Source: Octopus sinensis
Lineage: Eukaryota
Assembly: GCF_006345805.1 (NCBI RefSeq)
Contig: NC_043004.1
Location: 52,204,001 to 52,268,000, forward strand
Length of the DNA stretch: 64,000 nt
Reading direction: 5' to 3'
Below the pieces are notes generated by a model, which did no database searches, was not told where the DNA came from, and saw only the letters and a list, made by a program, of their open reading frames with translations. The first letter of the stretch is position 1, and every line of letters starts with the position of its first letter. Made by a program: the position numbers and the translations under genes. Below, in pieces: positions 36,820-48,786 of the stretch.

Positions 36820-39219
36820 TATGTTTGACTTTTGCTTTATGTCTGTACAAGTTGGCTCCAAGTCTCACCCAGAGACCTCAAGAGACAACAGGTTGGAAGT
36901 TCTGTGCCATATATTTGGGTTTTTTTGTTGTACTAGTGAATGTCTAATACATAAAAAAAGAAATAAAAAAAATAAAAAAAGTTTGTTTTAAACCTTGGGA
37001 TTACATAGAGAGTATTTTGCGTAGGATATGAGCAGTTCGCATGAGCACTATCTTTTGAATTTCTGCCATTTTGGGGTTTCCTGGTATCTGAGTTAGGTAG
37101 CAATCAGTCCCTTTCGCTATCATTCCCAGGGCACCTATGACAACAGGTATTGTTTTAGTCTTCAGCTTCCACATTTTGCTGAATTCTATTTCAAGATCTT
37201 TATATTTGCTCAGTTTTTGGTAGGTCTTGACAGATACGTTTATATCGATTGGGACAGTCATATCAATGAGGAGGCATGTTCTTTGTTTGAAGTCTTTCAA
37301 TATGATGTCTGGCCTATTTGCATCTATCTTCCTGTCAGTTCGAATGGTGAAGTTCCAGAGGTGTGAGATGTGGTCATTTTCAAGCACTGGAGGTGGATTG
37401 TGTTCCCACCAGTTTTTTTCATGGGGCAAATCCAGGTTTTTGCAAATTACCCAGTGAATATATTGTGCAGCTCTATCATGCCTATTGAGGTACTCTGTAG
37501 GTGCTAGAAGACTGCATTTGGAGACAACATGATCAATGGTTTCATTTTGTTGTCGGCATACACGACATGTTGGGCTACTGCCGTTCTTTAATATGTTGGC
37601 CTGGTAGTTTCTTGTTGGTAGGCGTTGATCTTGAACTGCTATGATAAACCCCTCTGTTTCAGATTTTAAGCCAGAGGCCATTAGCCATTGATGGGTTAGG
37701 GCTTTGTCGATATCTGCATTATTCGCTCTCTTTGGGTATTTGCCATAGAGAGGTTTTTCTTGCCATTTATTATTCAGAATATCTAAGGCCGCAGTTTTGA
37801 CACGTGTTTTCATGCGCCTAGATTTTTCTGTGCTTGTTTCTTGTATGTCTATCTCTAATTCCGAAATTGGTTGTATTCGGAATTCACTTAGATATTCCTT
37901 TGCTTGTTTTGTGACTGAGTATGATGCTTTCTTGTTTTCATGTTTTGAGACAAGTTTTAGCATCCAGTCCTCAGAGTTTTTCAGGTAGGTGTCTAGGCCA
38001 ATTGTAGCAATCTTCATTGTTATTGCCAGTTGCAAAAGACCACGGCCTCCCTCTTTTCTTGGCAGATAGAGTCGTTCTGTATCTGCCTTAGGGTGGTACA
38101 TTCTATGCATTGTCAACAGTTTCCTTATTTTTCTGTCGAGCTGACATATTTCAGTAATTGACCAGTTAACAATATTGAAACTGTAAGTAACGACTGGTAT
38201 GGCTAATGCATTGATCGCTTCGATCCTGTTTCTTGCATTCAGCTCTGTCTTGGGTATTGCTCTCACTCTTCGATAGCATTCTCTCCTGATCCTTTCCTTC
38301 ATCTCTGAATGCCTTATTCCGTCCTCTTCAATTACCCCTAGGTACTTGTAGCTCTCCGCTGGGTCTAGTTCTTTTATGACATTCTGCTGGTCAAGGTTAA
38401 CGTTAGATGTTTCTGTCATTTTTCCTTTGATAAAGGTAGCTTTTGCACATTTATCGAGGCCGAATTGCATTCTGATGTCGTTACTGAATTGTTTGACTAT
38501 CGCTAGTAAGCCCTTGAGTTGTTGGTCATTTTTTGCAAAAAGCTTTAAATCATCCATGTAAATGAGATGATTTATATTTTTATCAAACATTTTATACCCA
38601 TACTGCGCGTCATTGAGCAGCTTTGAGAGAGGTATTAAGGATAAACAAAAGAGGAGTGGTGACAGTGAGTCACCCTGGAAAATGCCACACGAAATTTTTA
38701 CATCACCAGCATTTAGGGATTCATTGTCACTGTTCAGAGTTAGTGTGGTTCTCCATGATCTCATACTTACAGTCAAGAAGTTTCGCAGAGTAGGTGCTAT
38801 CTTATACATTTCCAGGCATTTCCTAAACCAGCTATGTGGTAGGCTATCAAAAGCCTTTTTATAGTCTATCCAGGCTATTGATAAGTTTTTGTGTCTTTTG
38901 TGACAATCTTCTAAGATCATCTTATTGATGAGTACTTGGTCTTTACAGCCGTAGGATCCACGTTTACATCCTTTCTGTTCATTAGGGAATATGCTGCTGT
39001 CTGTTAAAAAACTATAGGTATATTCCGTCAGGACAGATGTTAGCGTTTTGTACATAGTTGTTAAGCAGGTTATGGGTCTATAGTTTTTTGGTTCATTTGT
39101 TTCTTCACTTTTTGGAAGCAGAAATGTTAACCCATTAACTAGCCAAGGAGGCATCCTACTAGGATGTTGCAAAACATCATTGTACAGTTCTGTTAGCAGT
39201 TCATGGCTCTCTGGGAAGG

Positions 39220-39220
<1 letters not shown>
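36819..39220 (-). mobile_element. R4/Dong-clade non-LTR retrotransposon, 5'-truncated, inserted in (TAA)n
   Basis: Open RT-CCHC-RLE frame, ~180-bp 3' UTR and (TAA)n at both junctions, consistent with the known TAA-repeat specificity of Dong elements. Confidence 0.92.
37001..39220 (-). CDS. Reverse transcriptase / CCHC zinc knuckle / PD-(D/E)xK restriction-like endonuclease (739 aa uninterrupted, N-terminus missing)
   Basis: NYRPITCL, WIDYKKAFDS, QGDSLSPLLF, YMDDLKL, YKYLG, CRVC..QNETIDHVVSKC, RPDIIL..LIDMTVP...K..KY. The ORF-track start at 39394 runs through a neighbouring element and an AAT repeat. Confidence 0.93.
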
Positions 39221-39273
<53 letters not shown>

Positions 39274-39284
39274 CATTGTTGTTG

Positions 39285-39333
<49 letters not shown>

Positions 39334-39349
39334 CATCATTATCATTGTT

Positions 39350-39811
39350 GAGTGAGGGAGCAGTACATGCCATCAAAGTGACGCTGGGGTACAAAATATA
39401 AGAAGCCTAATATACCCATCATGACTACAGATCTTATAGGTGTACGCCAGACGCATGAATCACAACCATGAATTTTTTCAGGTCGAATAACCTCTCTCAT
39501 ACAAAAGGTCCCTGAATGATGGTTGTTTAATGATGCTGAATGAAATACGGTTCCAGAGAACTACTCTCAACACATGGCTATAATGCTTCCCCGGTCTTGC
39601 TACTCGAGATCACAGATACTCATTGTTGTCAGCCACTAAGAGATATGCTGAACTGGTTAATGTCAAAGAACTGAAAAGCAAATATGTGGTACTGAGCAGA
39701 CTATTTGCTGTAGCCCATCTTTTAGAAGATAAAGCATATGCATGATAACAATTCCGATCACTTGAAATCAGAAGCCATGAGAGCCAACGCCTGGTATTAC
39801 ATCAAGGCATT
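39350..39811 (-). mobile_element. (TAA)n-embedded non-coding element, copy 2 (diverged, internal deletions)
   Basis: Same termini as copy 3 (gagtgag... and ...ggcattt). Confidence 0.85.
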
Positions 39812-39845
39812 TATTAATATTATTATTATTATTATTATTATCATT

Positions 39846-40063
39846 CTATGTTTGACTTTTGCTTTATATTTGTACAAGTTGGCTCCAAGTCTCACCCAGA
39901 GACCTCAAGAGACAACAGGTTGGAAGTTCACGTTGTTGTTATGCCTAGTGTGCCATATATTTGGTTGTTTTTTGTGTTGTACTAGTGGATGTCTAAAAAT
40001 AAAATGTTTGTTTTAAACCTTGAGATTACATAGAAAGTATTTTGCGTAGGATATGAGCAGTTC
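39846..40063 (-). mobile_element. Severely 5'-truncated Dong copy (last codons plus 3' UTR)
   Basis: Near-identical to 36819-37030. Confidence 0.9.
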
Positions 40064-40102
40064 TTCTTCTTCTTCTTCTTCTTCTTCTTCTTTCTTCTTC
40101 TT

Positions 40103-40173
<71 letters not shown>

Positions 40174-40252
40174 CATTATTATTATCATCATCATGATCAT
40201 CATCATGATCATCTTCATCATGATCATCTTCATTATTATTATTATTATTATT

Positions 40253-40806
40253 GAGTGAGCGAGCAGAGCATGCCATCAAAGTGACACTGGGGTAAAATAT
40301 ACGAAGCCCAATATACCCATCATGACTACCCGTCTGATAAAGGTACACCAGGCACATGTATCACAGCCATATGTGCGCGACATGGTGATCTCATATCAAG
40401 ATAAACAGCACATGACCTTGCAGTTGGGGCCCAGTTAGAATTTTCTTCAGGTTGAGTAGCCCATCCCGCTCAAACGGTCCCTGAATAAGGGTTGTTTAAG
40501 GATGTTGAAAGAACCACCCATGTTTCCAGAGGTGAACTATTCAAACCCCAAAGAATCCCTCTCAACACATGGCTATGATGCTCCCCCACTACTTCTGCTC
40601 GTGATCAGAGATGCACATATCGTCAGCCACTAAGGGACATGCTCAACTGGTTAAAGTCAAACAACTGACAAGCAAATCTGTGGTATTGAGCAGAATATTT
40701 GCTGTAGCCCATCTTTTATACCAAGACAAAACAATGTACATGATAACACTTCCAATCAGTTAAGATCAGAAGCCATGAGAGCCACTACCTGGTACTGCAT
40801 CAGGGC

Positions 40807-40810
<4 letters not shown>
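40253..40810 (-). mobile_element. (TAA)n-embedded non-coding element, copy 3 (apparently full length, 558 bp)
   Basis: Minus strand AAATGCCCTGATGCAGTACCAGG...GGCATGCTCTGCTCGCTCACTC, with (AAT)n on both sides. Confidence 0.88.
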
Positions 40811-40890
<80 letters not shown>

Positions 40891-40906
40891 CATCATCATT
40901 ATTATA

Positions 40907-41120
40907 TAAGGCGGTGAGTTGGCAGAATCGTTAGCACGCTAGACGAATGCGTTGCATTATTTCATTCGTCTTCATGTTCTGAGTTCAAATTATTTTGAGG
41001 TCGACTTTGCTTTTCATCCTTTCGGGGTCGATAAAATGAATACCATTCGAGCGCTGGGGTCGATGTAAATCGACTATATCCCCCAAATTTCAGATCTTGT
41101 GCCTATAGCGGAAAGTATAA
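40907..41120 (+). mobile_element. SINE family B
   Basis: aaggcggtgagttggcagaatcgttagcacg head and B-family body. Confidence 0.88.
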
Positions 41121-41900
41121 TAATAATAATAATAATAATAATAGTTATTATTATTATTAGTGGCAGTAGTAGTATTAGTAGCAGTAGTAGTAGTATTTAC
41201 ATTTTAATAAGTACGTGAGAGACAAAACGACAACACTAGAGAAATACAATCTACAATTACCAAACCAACATCACTGGAACAACAATTGTAGCACGACCAT
41301 AACATCAACAACAATGATATCATTACTCTTACTACAAAAAAGAATTAGAATAAAAAGTGAAGGAGAGGGGATGGTTGAAAAAATAATTTAGCAAGACGTT
41401 CTTAAAAACAAAATCTTTATCACAATAATAATCACAGCTTAAAAACAACAAAAAATCGGTCATATGAATGACAACAAACTTAGTGAAACGAATAAATAAA
41501 ATAATTATAAAAAATATAGTAAACAAACAAGTAAAAATAAATAAATATATAAATGAATAAAAAAAATATTAAAAAGTACATTCGAAGAACTTTTCAATTA
41601 ACAGAAAATAGAAATCAAAATTCTAAAAAGTATTTAAACGACGAATCGTAAGAAACAAAGACATTTTAAGAGAAAAAGTAAGAAGAAAAAACAGATTAAA
41701 AATGTAACCATGTTTCTGAAAGAACATTAACAACGACAAGAATCATCTAATCAATAACTATAGTTCGATCTGTACGTTAATTGGCTAAGACAGATTTTAT
41801 GATCAGTGATTCGTTTATTTATAAAAAAAGATAATAGAAAGGATTATTATTATTATTATTATTACTATTATTATTATTATCATCATCATCATCATCATAA

Positions 41901-41934
<34 letters not shown>

Positions 41935-41984
41935 GTTGTTGTTGTTGTTGTTGCTGTTGTTGTTGTTGTTATTACGATCTTTGA

Positions 41985-42127
41985 TCAGCTGTAACGTTCT
42001 GAGTTCAAATTCCGCCGAGGTCGACTTTCCCTTTCATCCTTTTGGTGGTCGATAAATTAAGTACAATTCAAACTGTGGGGGTCAATTTAATCGACCACCC
42101 CCTTCCTCTGTACTTATAATAGATAGG

Positions 42128-42128
<1 letters not shown>
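41985..42128 (+). mobile_element. 5'-truncated SINE family B with long (TTA)n tail
   Basis: acgttctgagttcaaattccgccgaggtcgactttccctttcatcc. Confidence 0.88.
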
Positions 42129-42176
<48 letters not shown>

Positions 42177-42212
42177 TATTATTATTATCATTATCATTAT
42201 TATTATTATTAA

Positions 42213-42260
<48 letters not shown>

Positions 42261-42278
42261 CATTATTATTATTATTAA

Positions 42279-42311
<33 letters not shown>

Positions 42312-42328
42312 CATTATATTATTATTAA

Positions 42329-42376
<48 letters not shown>

Positions 42377-42394
42377 CATTATTATTATTATTAA

Positions 42395-42427
<33 letters not shown>

Positions 42428-42445
42428 CATTATTATTATTATTAA

Positions 42446-42486
<41 letters not shown>
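42129..42486. repeat. (TTA)n array with higher-order variant pattern
   Basis: ATC(ATT)~5AAT marker recurs 5 times at 51-66 bp spacing. Confidence 0.9.
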
Positions 42487-42487
<1 letters not shown>

Positions 42488-43040
42488 TACATACTCAATG
42501 GGTTAGACTGTTGGAAAAGAAAATAATCCTAACAAAGGGCTACACCAAGTAATCTTAGATGCCAAGAAACCTCCTATTGGGTTACAACACGTAACCTTAG
42601 ATGCGAAAAACCCCACCTAAGTATCCTAGCGCCCCTAATAACACTGTTCTCTGCAGCTGTAATAAACTGAATTTTATGCCTATCTCCTCAATCCATCTGT
42701 TCAGATCTTTAGGGATTGTTCCCAATGCACCTATATCTACTGGAATACATTTTATCCGTACTTTCCATAGTCTTTGTAATTGAAGAGCTAGGTCCTAGTG
42801 CTTTGCTATTTTTTCTCTACTTCTTATATTAACATCTTCAGAATTTGGGACCGTAAAGTCAATTACCGGGCATTTTCTATTCTCTTTATCTACTACTACC
42901 AAATCTAGCCTTCTAACTTCCTATTACTCTGTCAGTCTGAATGTTAGAGTCCCACAACATCTTGTATTTCTAGATTCATGTTCATACTATTTATCGGTAT
43001 GTTCAAATCCTACCTTTCAACAAAGCTCCCAGTGGATTGT
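42487..43040 (-). pseudogene. Third R4/Dong-type subfamily 3' fossil abutting (TAA)n
   Basis: IHWELC...YEHE...LWD.NIQTDRVI..RRLDLVVVDKENRKC.VIDFTVP...DLALQLQRLWKV.IKCIPVDIGALGTIPK...LQRTVLLG. Confidence 0.8.
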
Positions 43041-43119
43041 CAAATTTATTAAAAGAGAATGAAAGCAACGATTGTTGGGGGTGTATCTTTGATGATGGTT
43101 ACAGTTGTAAGTGTAGTTA

Positions 43120-43342
43120 TTAAGACGGTGAACTGGCAGAAACGTTAGCACGCTGGGCGAAATGCTTAGCGGTATTTTGTCTGTATTTACGTTCTGAGTT
43201 CAAATTCGGCCGAGGTCGAATTTGCCATTAATCCTTTCGGGGTCGATAAATTAAGTACCAGTTTCGTAGTGAGCTCGATCTAATCGACTGACCCCTCCAC
43301 CGACCAAAAAATTTCGGGCCTTGTGCCTAGAGTAGAAAAGAG
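43120..43342 (+). mobile_element. SINE family B
   Basis: Full head and body through ggccttgtgcctagagtagaaaag. Confidence 0.9.
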
Positions 43343-45471
43343 TAAGTGTGGTTATTGAAGATGATAGTAAGATTGAATGGGAAAATTGACATATTCATCT
43401 TTTCTTTGAATCCAAAGTATTTGTGAGCCAAAGGGTTTTTTATCAGTAATAATTCCAGTATGCATTGATCAACAACATTTGGGATTTGTGGTAGTGAGGT
43501 GCAAAGAATTAGGTCAACGATTAATGGATGATATGAAATCTTTTGAATGTACTGATGAAACATTATTCTTAGGCGTTGTATAAGCTGCTTAAGCCGGAAT
43601 TTAGATATGGAAGTTAAAGGATTTTATATTATCTTAAACTGAGTAAGTGAATTTACCGGATTATGCAGGGGCGATTCAGTCTTTGAAGTAAAGATTAAAT
43701 AAATTTATCTAACATCTACATTTTGAAGAAATTCATCATGGTTAATTGACTATGCTGAATTTAAACTGGATCAGCGTAATTATATTTGTGTAGTATAGTT
43801 CACATAACACATTGTAAAATATGTCAAAAAGGCCATTTTATAAAAAAGGACGAAAACACTTGAACCAACAAAGACTGTCAGAGTGGAAAAGTGGTAAGAG
43901 TAAGGACTATGGCGGTAAGGCTCCAAGTAAACTAAACGGTTTGGAACATCTGGAGAAAGTGCAAAGACGAATCATCAAGGTGTAACTGAGATCAATGTCT
44001 AGTAAACACTTGGTATTATACAAAATATTACTGCCATATACATTAATAAATAAACAATTAATGACATTATATTTGATTGCTCCTTTCTCTTCAAGTCAGA
44101 CTTCGAATTTGAGTCATCAGGTGTACTGCGTTGGAAATATGCAGACATTTCGACAGAGAATTGAGAATAAGGTGTATAAACAAGTCAGGAGCTCGTTAAG
44201 TGATGATAATATGATGATGATAATTTGTAATTTCTCTGTCCACACGATAAGCAGATGAAAAGGCTACGCTACATATAGTATAATTGGAGAAAAGGAATAA
44301 AAATATATGTCCTCTAGTAGATATCTTTACAGCATCTAGCTAAAAGATAAATGAAAAAAGAAAAAAGAAACAAACAAAAAGTAAAATAAAATAAGAAAAT
44401 AACCAAAAGTGTGAAAGTTCTTTACAACTTTACTCATGGAAAGCAACAGGAGGGCCACTATAAGGCTAACTGGCTTATTTGGAATAAAAACCAAATCTAC
44501 TTCGAATCGCATCTTTGATTTAGGAGCTGTATAAATGAATGGATTGAGGGAAGGAAAATTCTTCAGTCAAATTGATTCTACTGCCCATTGAATTAACGTA
44601 TAATCGGATGAGCATTCTACAGGCACGAATTCTTTTTCTGTAATCTTCAAATCTCCAACGAATCACACTTCTGAAGGCTAATTGGATGAATTAAGGGATT
44701 GAAAGTTAAATGGATCTTCGTCAATTTCGGGGAGGAATAAATGGTTACTCAATCAACCGAATTTCATGCTTATTGAATTGATTTGTAATTGACCGGGGAT
44801 TCTAAAGATTCGAATTATATTATTTTAGACTTCAAGCTTACGCAATGTGACACCAAATGGGACAAACCTAGAGTTTTGACATTCAATATAATCTATCCGT
44901 TAGGCCATTTTTAATCAGAAGATATGCGACGAACCTCAGATTTCGGAGTTTCGAAAACGATCTTTTAAACTTTGAGTCTATAAACAACACAAACACAACA
45001 CACACACATATACAAACACTCATACTTCATACATATATATTAGTTCGTGAAAAAATCTAATCTATATGTATACAAAGGGTCATATGTGTGTTTGTATAAC
45101 TGTGTATGAATGTGTATATATGTTTTTGTGTGGGTGTTTGCATACAAAAACGATGTGAAGGTCACATTTATGATAACCTTGGTTATGAATTTGTTGGATA
45201 CTTGCCTACCTGGATCTGAACAACAACACAAAACTTATCGCACAAGTACCACTGCCGTAGTATCTACAGTTATCCGACCTATTACATACACCAGAGAAGT
45301 GTTTCGCAGATATACTTCATTGTTCAAATAATTAAGAGAAAACAAATGGTGCTCTACCCTACGTATTTCTCGGCTTCAAAAACTACAGGAAAGGCATTAC
45401 TGGAACGCTTTTGGAGATAGATTTTTTGGATAAAGGCTTATAAGGAAATATTCAACAAATATACAAATATT

Positions 45472-45538
45472 CAGGCGCAGGCGTGGCTGTGTGGTAAGAA
45501 GTGTCTTTTACTATAGCCTAGGGTCAACAAAGGCCTTG

Positions 45539-45589
<51 letters not shown>

Positions 45590-45945
45590 ATATATATAAA
45601 TATATATACATATATATATGTATGTGTATATATATGCCCCGGCATGACCGCAGCTTTAAAGCTGAAACAAGTTACAGACTATATATATTATATATGGGTG
45701 TGGTTGTGTGTATGTGTCTATGTGTGTGTCTCTTTGTGGCTATACTTGTTCCTCCACCACTGCTTGACAACCATTGTTGGTGTGTTTACATTCCCGTCAC
45801 TTGGCGGTTCGACAAAAGTTCCAATACAATATGTGCCAGGTTTGATAAAAATGACTAGTGGGATCGATTCCTTCGACTAAAGAATTTAAGGCAGTGCCCC
45901 ACCATGGCCGCAGTCTAATAACCCAAACAAGTGAAAAAATGATAA
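45472..45945 (+). mobile_element. SINE family A, degenerate with deletions
   Basis: aggcgcaggcgtggctgtgtggtaagaag head, (TA)n, then cttgacaacc...ggccgcagtctaataac body. Confidence 0.8.
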
Positions 45946-46406
45946 AAGTACACTAACAACAACAACAACAACAACATCGGCAATATCTCTATAAACATTG
46001 TGCAACATTTGCGAAATGTGTAGTACACGTTTCATAAACTCTATAACATACTCCCTTCGGTGTAAAATACAAAATTTCACAAAATTCTGCAATCAATCAT
46101 ATTTTACTTTCTGTGTATTAACTTAACTTACAGACAAATACTATTTACACTATCTGAAAACATATAAATTAGATAAACAAATCTATTAACACCACCACCA
46201 CCACCACCACCACCACCACCACCACCACCACCACCACCACCACCACCACCACCACCACCACCACCACCACCATCAATACCACCACCATCAACACCACCAC
46301 CACTATAACCACCACCATCAACACTACTCCTACTACTACTACCCTCCTCCTCCTACTACTACTACTTTAAAACAACATCAGCTATAACAACAACTACAAC
46401 AGCAGC

Positions 46407-46442
<36 letters not shown>

Positions 46443-46479
46443 CGTAATAATAATAATAATCTTGATGATGATGATTTCA

Positions 46480-47565
46480 TTTATTTGCCACATGGGTGAA
46501 GAATAGGGGCGGAGAATACAGACACAGGCACAAAGTGTTGGGGTTTACATATAATGAAATGATTATACAAAAGAAGGAACGTATATATAGCATAGAAAGT
46601 TTTAAAAAATAGTAGGGGAAGAATGATAATGATGTGCCCCTCCTGATACAGGAAAACCTTTAAGGATAATCGAGGAACCCCACTATCCGAGATTTTCCTG
46701 AATCCCCAGGAGCAAGTGCCCTTTCCAAATCCTCCTCTTCCGACTCACAGGTCTACACTCACTAGCGTAGCTATGGGGTCGCTAGGGGCGGTCTGCCTCG
46801 GGCAGCACTTTTAAAAAGGCACAACTTTTGAGTCTGCTGTAGACGATATGTGATTTTTTGTGGGGTCTGGGCGCGAAAAACAGAAGGGCCGGCCTGGGTG
46901 GAACATACTCTAGCTATGCTGGTGCATCCACTCTTTCGCAACTTTCACCCACCTTTCAATAAACTCAGTCGGGTATAGTACTTCCCTCTCTACTCTCAAT
47001 TTCCCTTCCAAGTGAAACTTGAAGAAGTCAATGAGAGCTCTACCAAAGAGGAATGTACCTGTCCGCATGCCTTGCAGCCTTGTCGACCAAACAACCTATT
47101 TCGCCACAGCAACCAGGCAAAGGAAAACTGCTTTATTGAAGGGGGCGGAAATGCGATCATCACTGCAGAGTCAGCCGACTGACGGATCCGTCCCGCACGC
47201 GAAAGCAGCTGTTCAACCTAACCCCACAAGTCAGCAATGACACTGAACCAGGGTGTGCAGAACACTTTAGTCACTCTGTGTGCACCTCGGACAAATCAGT
47301 CTAACAGCACATGTGTGCCTGTAGAGCTTATCTCGAACCGGTAGTACCCACCACCAAGTAGCAGTGCCAGTCCAAGGACATCTGGAAATTATCGGTGATA
47401 GTTCCCGATCGGAAAGTCCTCCGGAACTGACTAGCCAATTCGTTTTCGTCGTCGCCCAGAGTCACCGCGAGAACATCGTTGCACTTCCCCGCCGCCAATC
47501 CTTTATAAATTTCTAAAGCAGAACATCTACTGATCCCATTGCCCGACTGGTTGTGAGCGCCTGAC
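46480..47565 (-). pseudogene. Tx1/L1-clade LINE 3' fossil
   Basis: LPVRDKLYRH...ICPRCTQSD*SVLHTLVQC (zf-RVT-like C-terminal knuckle), AVFLCLVAVAK.VVWSTRL...FFKFHLEGKLRVERE..FIERW, then 3' UTR. Confidence 0.8.
46760..46924. mobile_element. 165-bp MITE inserted in the Tx1 fossil
   Basis: Imperfect 14-bp TIR CACTAGCGTAGCTA / TAGCTATGCTGGTG. Flanks tctacact and catccact are only partly alike (possible decayed 8-bp TSD). Confidence 0.55.
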
Positions 47566-47591
47566 GACTTTGTAGGTAATGATAATAAACG

Positions 47592-48019
47592 TTTTCTTTT
47601 GGTGTAAAGGATGGATTACAACAAATATTCTGCCCAATGCCATATATTTGCTTGTCAGTTGTTTCACCTTAACTAGTTGAGCATATCCCTTTCTGGCTGA
47701 CTATATGTGCATTTCTGATCATGAGCAGAAATAGTGGGATAATTCACCTCTGGAAAGCTGGTTGTTTCGTTCATCATCCGTAGACAACCCTTATACAGGG
47801 ATTTTGATTGGGATGGGCTACTCGACGCGAAGAAAACGTTCTAACTGGGCTCCACATGCAAGGTCATGCGCTGGTTATCTTGATATTAGATCACCATGTC
47901 GAGTACATATGGCGGTGATGCATGTGCCTGGTGTACCCTTATCCGACATGTATTCATGATGGGTATATTGGGCTTCGTATACAGTGTTACTCTAATGACA
48001 TGCGCTGCTAGACTCCTGG
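47592..48019 (+). mobile_element. (TAA)n-associated non-coding element, copy 4 (old, opposite orientation)
   Basis: caaatattctg.ccaat.cca.a.atttgcttgtcagttgttt...gtgcctggtgtaccctt...catgatgggtatattgggcttcgtata. TAA repeats lie on the same strand as the element (47576-47590, 48077-48122). Confidence 0.8.
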
Positions 48020-48076
48020 TAGACACAATATTTTCAAACCACACCATCACGATATTGGATACTGTGTGACGCCTTC

Positions 48077-48151
<75 letters not shown>

Positions 48152-48159
48152 AAGAAGAA

Positions 48160-48378
48160 GAATCCTTTCTACTATAAGCATAAGGCCTGAAATTTTGAGG
48201 GAGAGTTGGGTGGGGGATTTCATCGGCTCCGGCACCAGATTGGTATTTATTTGATCAATCCCTAAAGGATTAAAGGCAAAGTCGACCCTAGCGGAGTTCG
48301 AACTCAGAACATAGAACGAATAAAATGCAGCTAGACATTTTGCCCGCCGTGCTAACGATTCTGCTAGCTCAGCGCTTT
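48160..48378 (-). mobile_element. SINE family B, degenerate
   Basis: Reverse-complement B-family head and body. Confidence 0.8.
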
Positions 48379-48519
48379 AATGATGTTAAAAACAACAATA
48401 ATGATAAAAATAACAATTAAAATGCCTTCTATCGGTTTTAAGGGTTCAAGCCATTGAGGACAATTAAACAGGACGAAATAAAACACACAAAACGTGAATC
48501 AACAGCCATAAATATTTAA

Positions 48520-48786
48520 AACGATAAACGTTGCCCTTTTCAAGCCGAGCCAGGCTCATGGGTCCGGTTTCCCGGTTTCTGTGGCGCCAGTCCATTGCAG
48601 CGTTACTCAAGAAACAGGAAGAGAGAGTGAGAGAAAACTGTGTCAAAAGAGTATCACAGGGGTCGCCACTACCCCCTGCCGCAGCCTTGTAGAGCTTTTA
48701 GGTGTTTTCGTTCAATAAACACACACAACGCCCGGTGTGGGAATCGAAACCGCGATCCTCCGACCGCGAGTCCGCTGCCCTAACCA
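48520..48786 (-). mobile_element. tRNA-derived SINE family D
   Basis: Reverse complement TGGTTAGGGCAGCGGACTCGCGGTCGGAGGATCGCGGTTTCGATTCCC is tRNA-like with a B box. Confidence 0.75.

Noticed and set aside
39221-39394. N-terminal MYPSVTLMAC...poly-N part of the 797-aa ORF as native LINE protein
   Set aside because: It derives from the neighbouring non-coding element and an AAT array; the same peptide start recurs at 40013-40357 without RT.
43350-44950. LEHLEKVQRRIIK (+) and ILNVKTL (-) hints of old LINEs
   Set aside because: Motifs are too short and isolated to assign.
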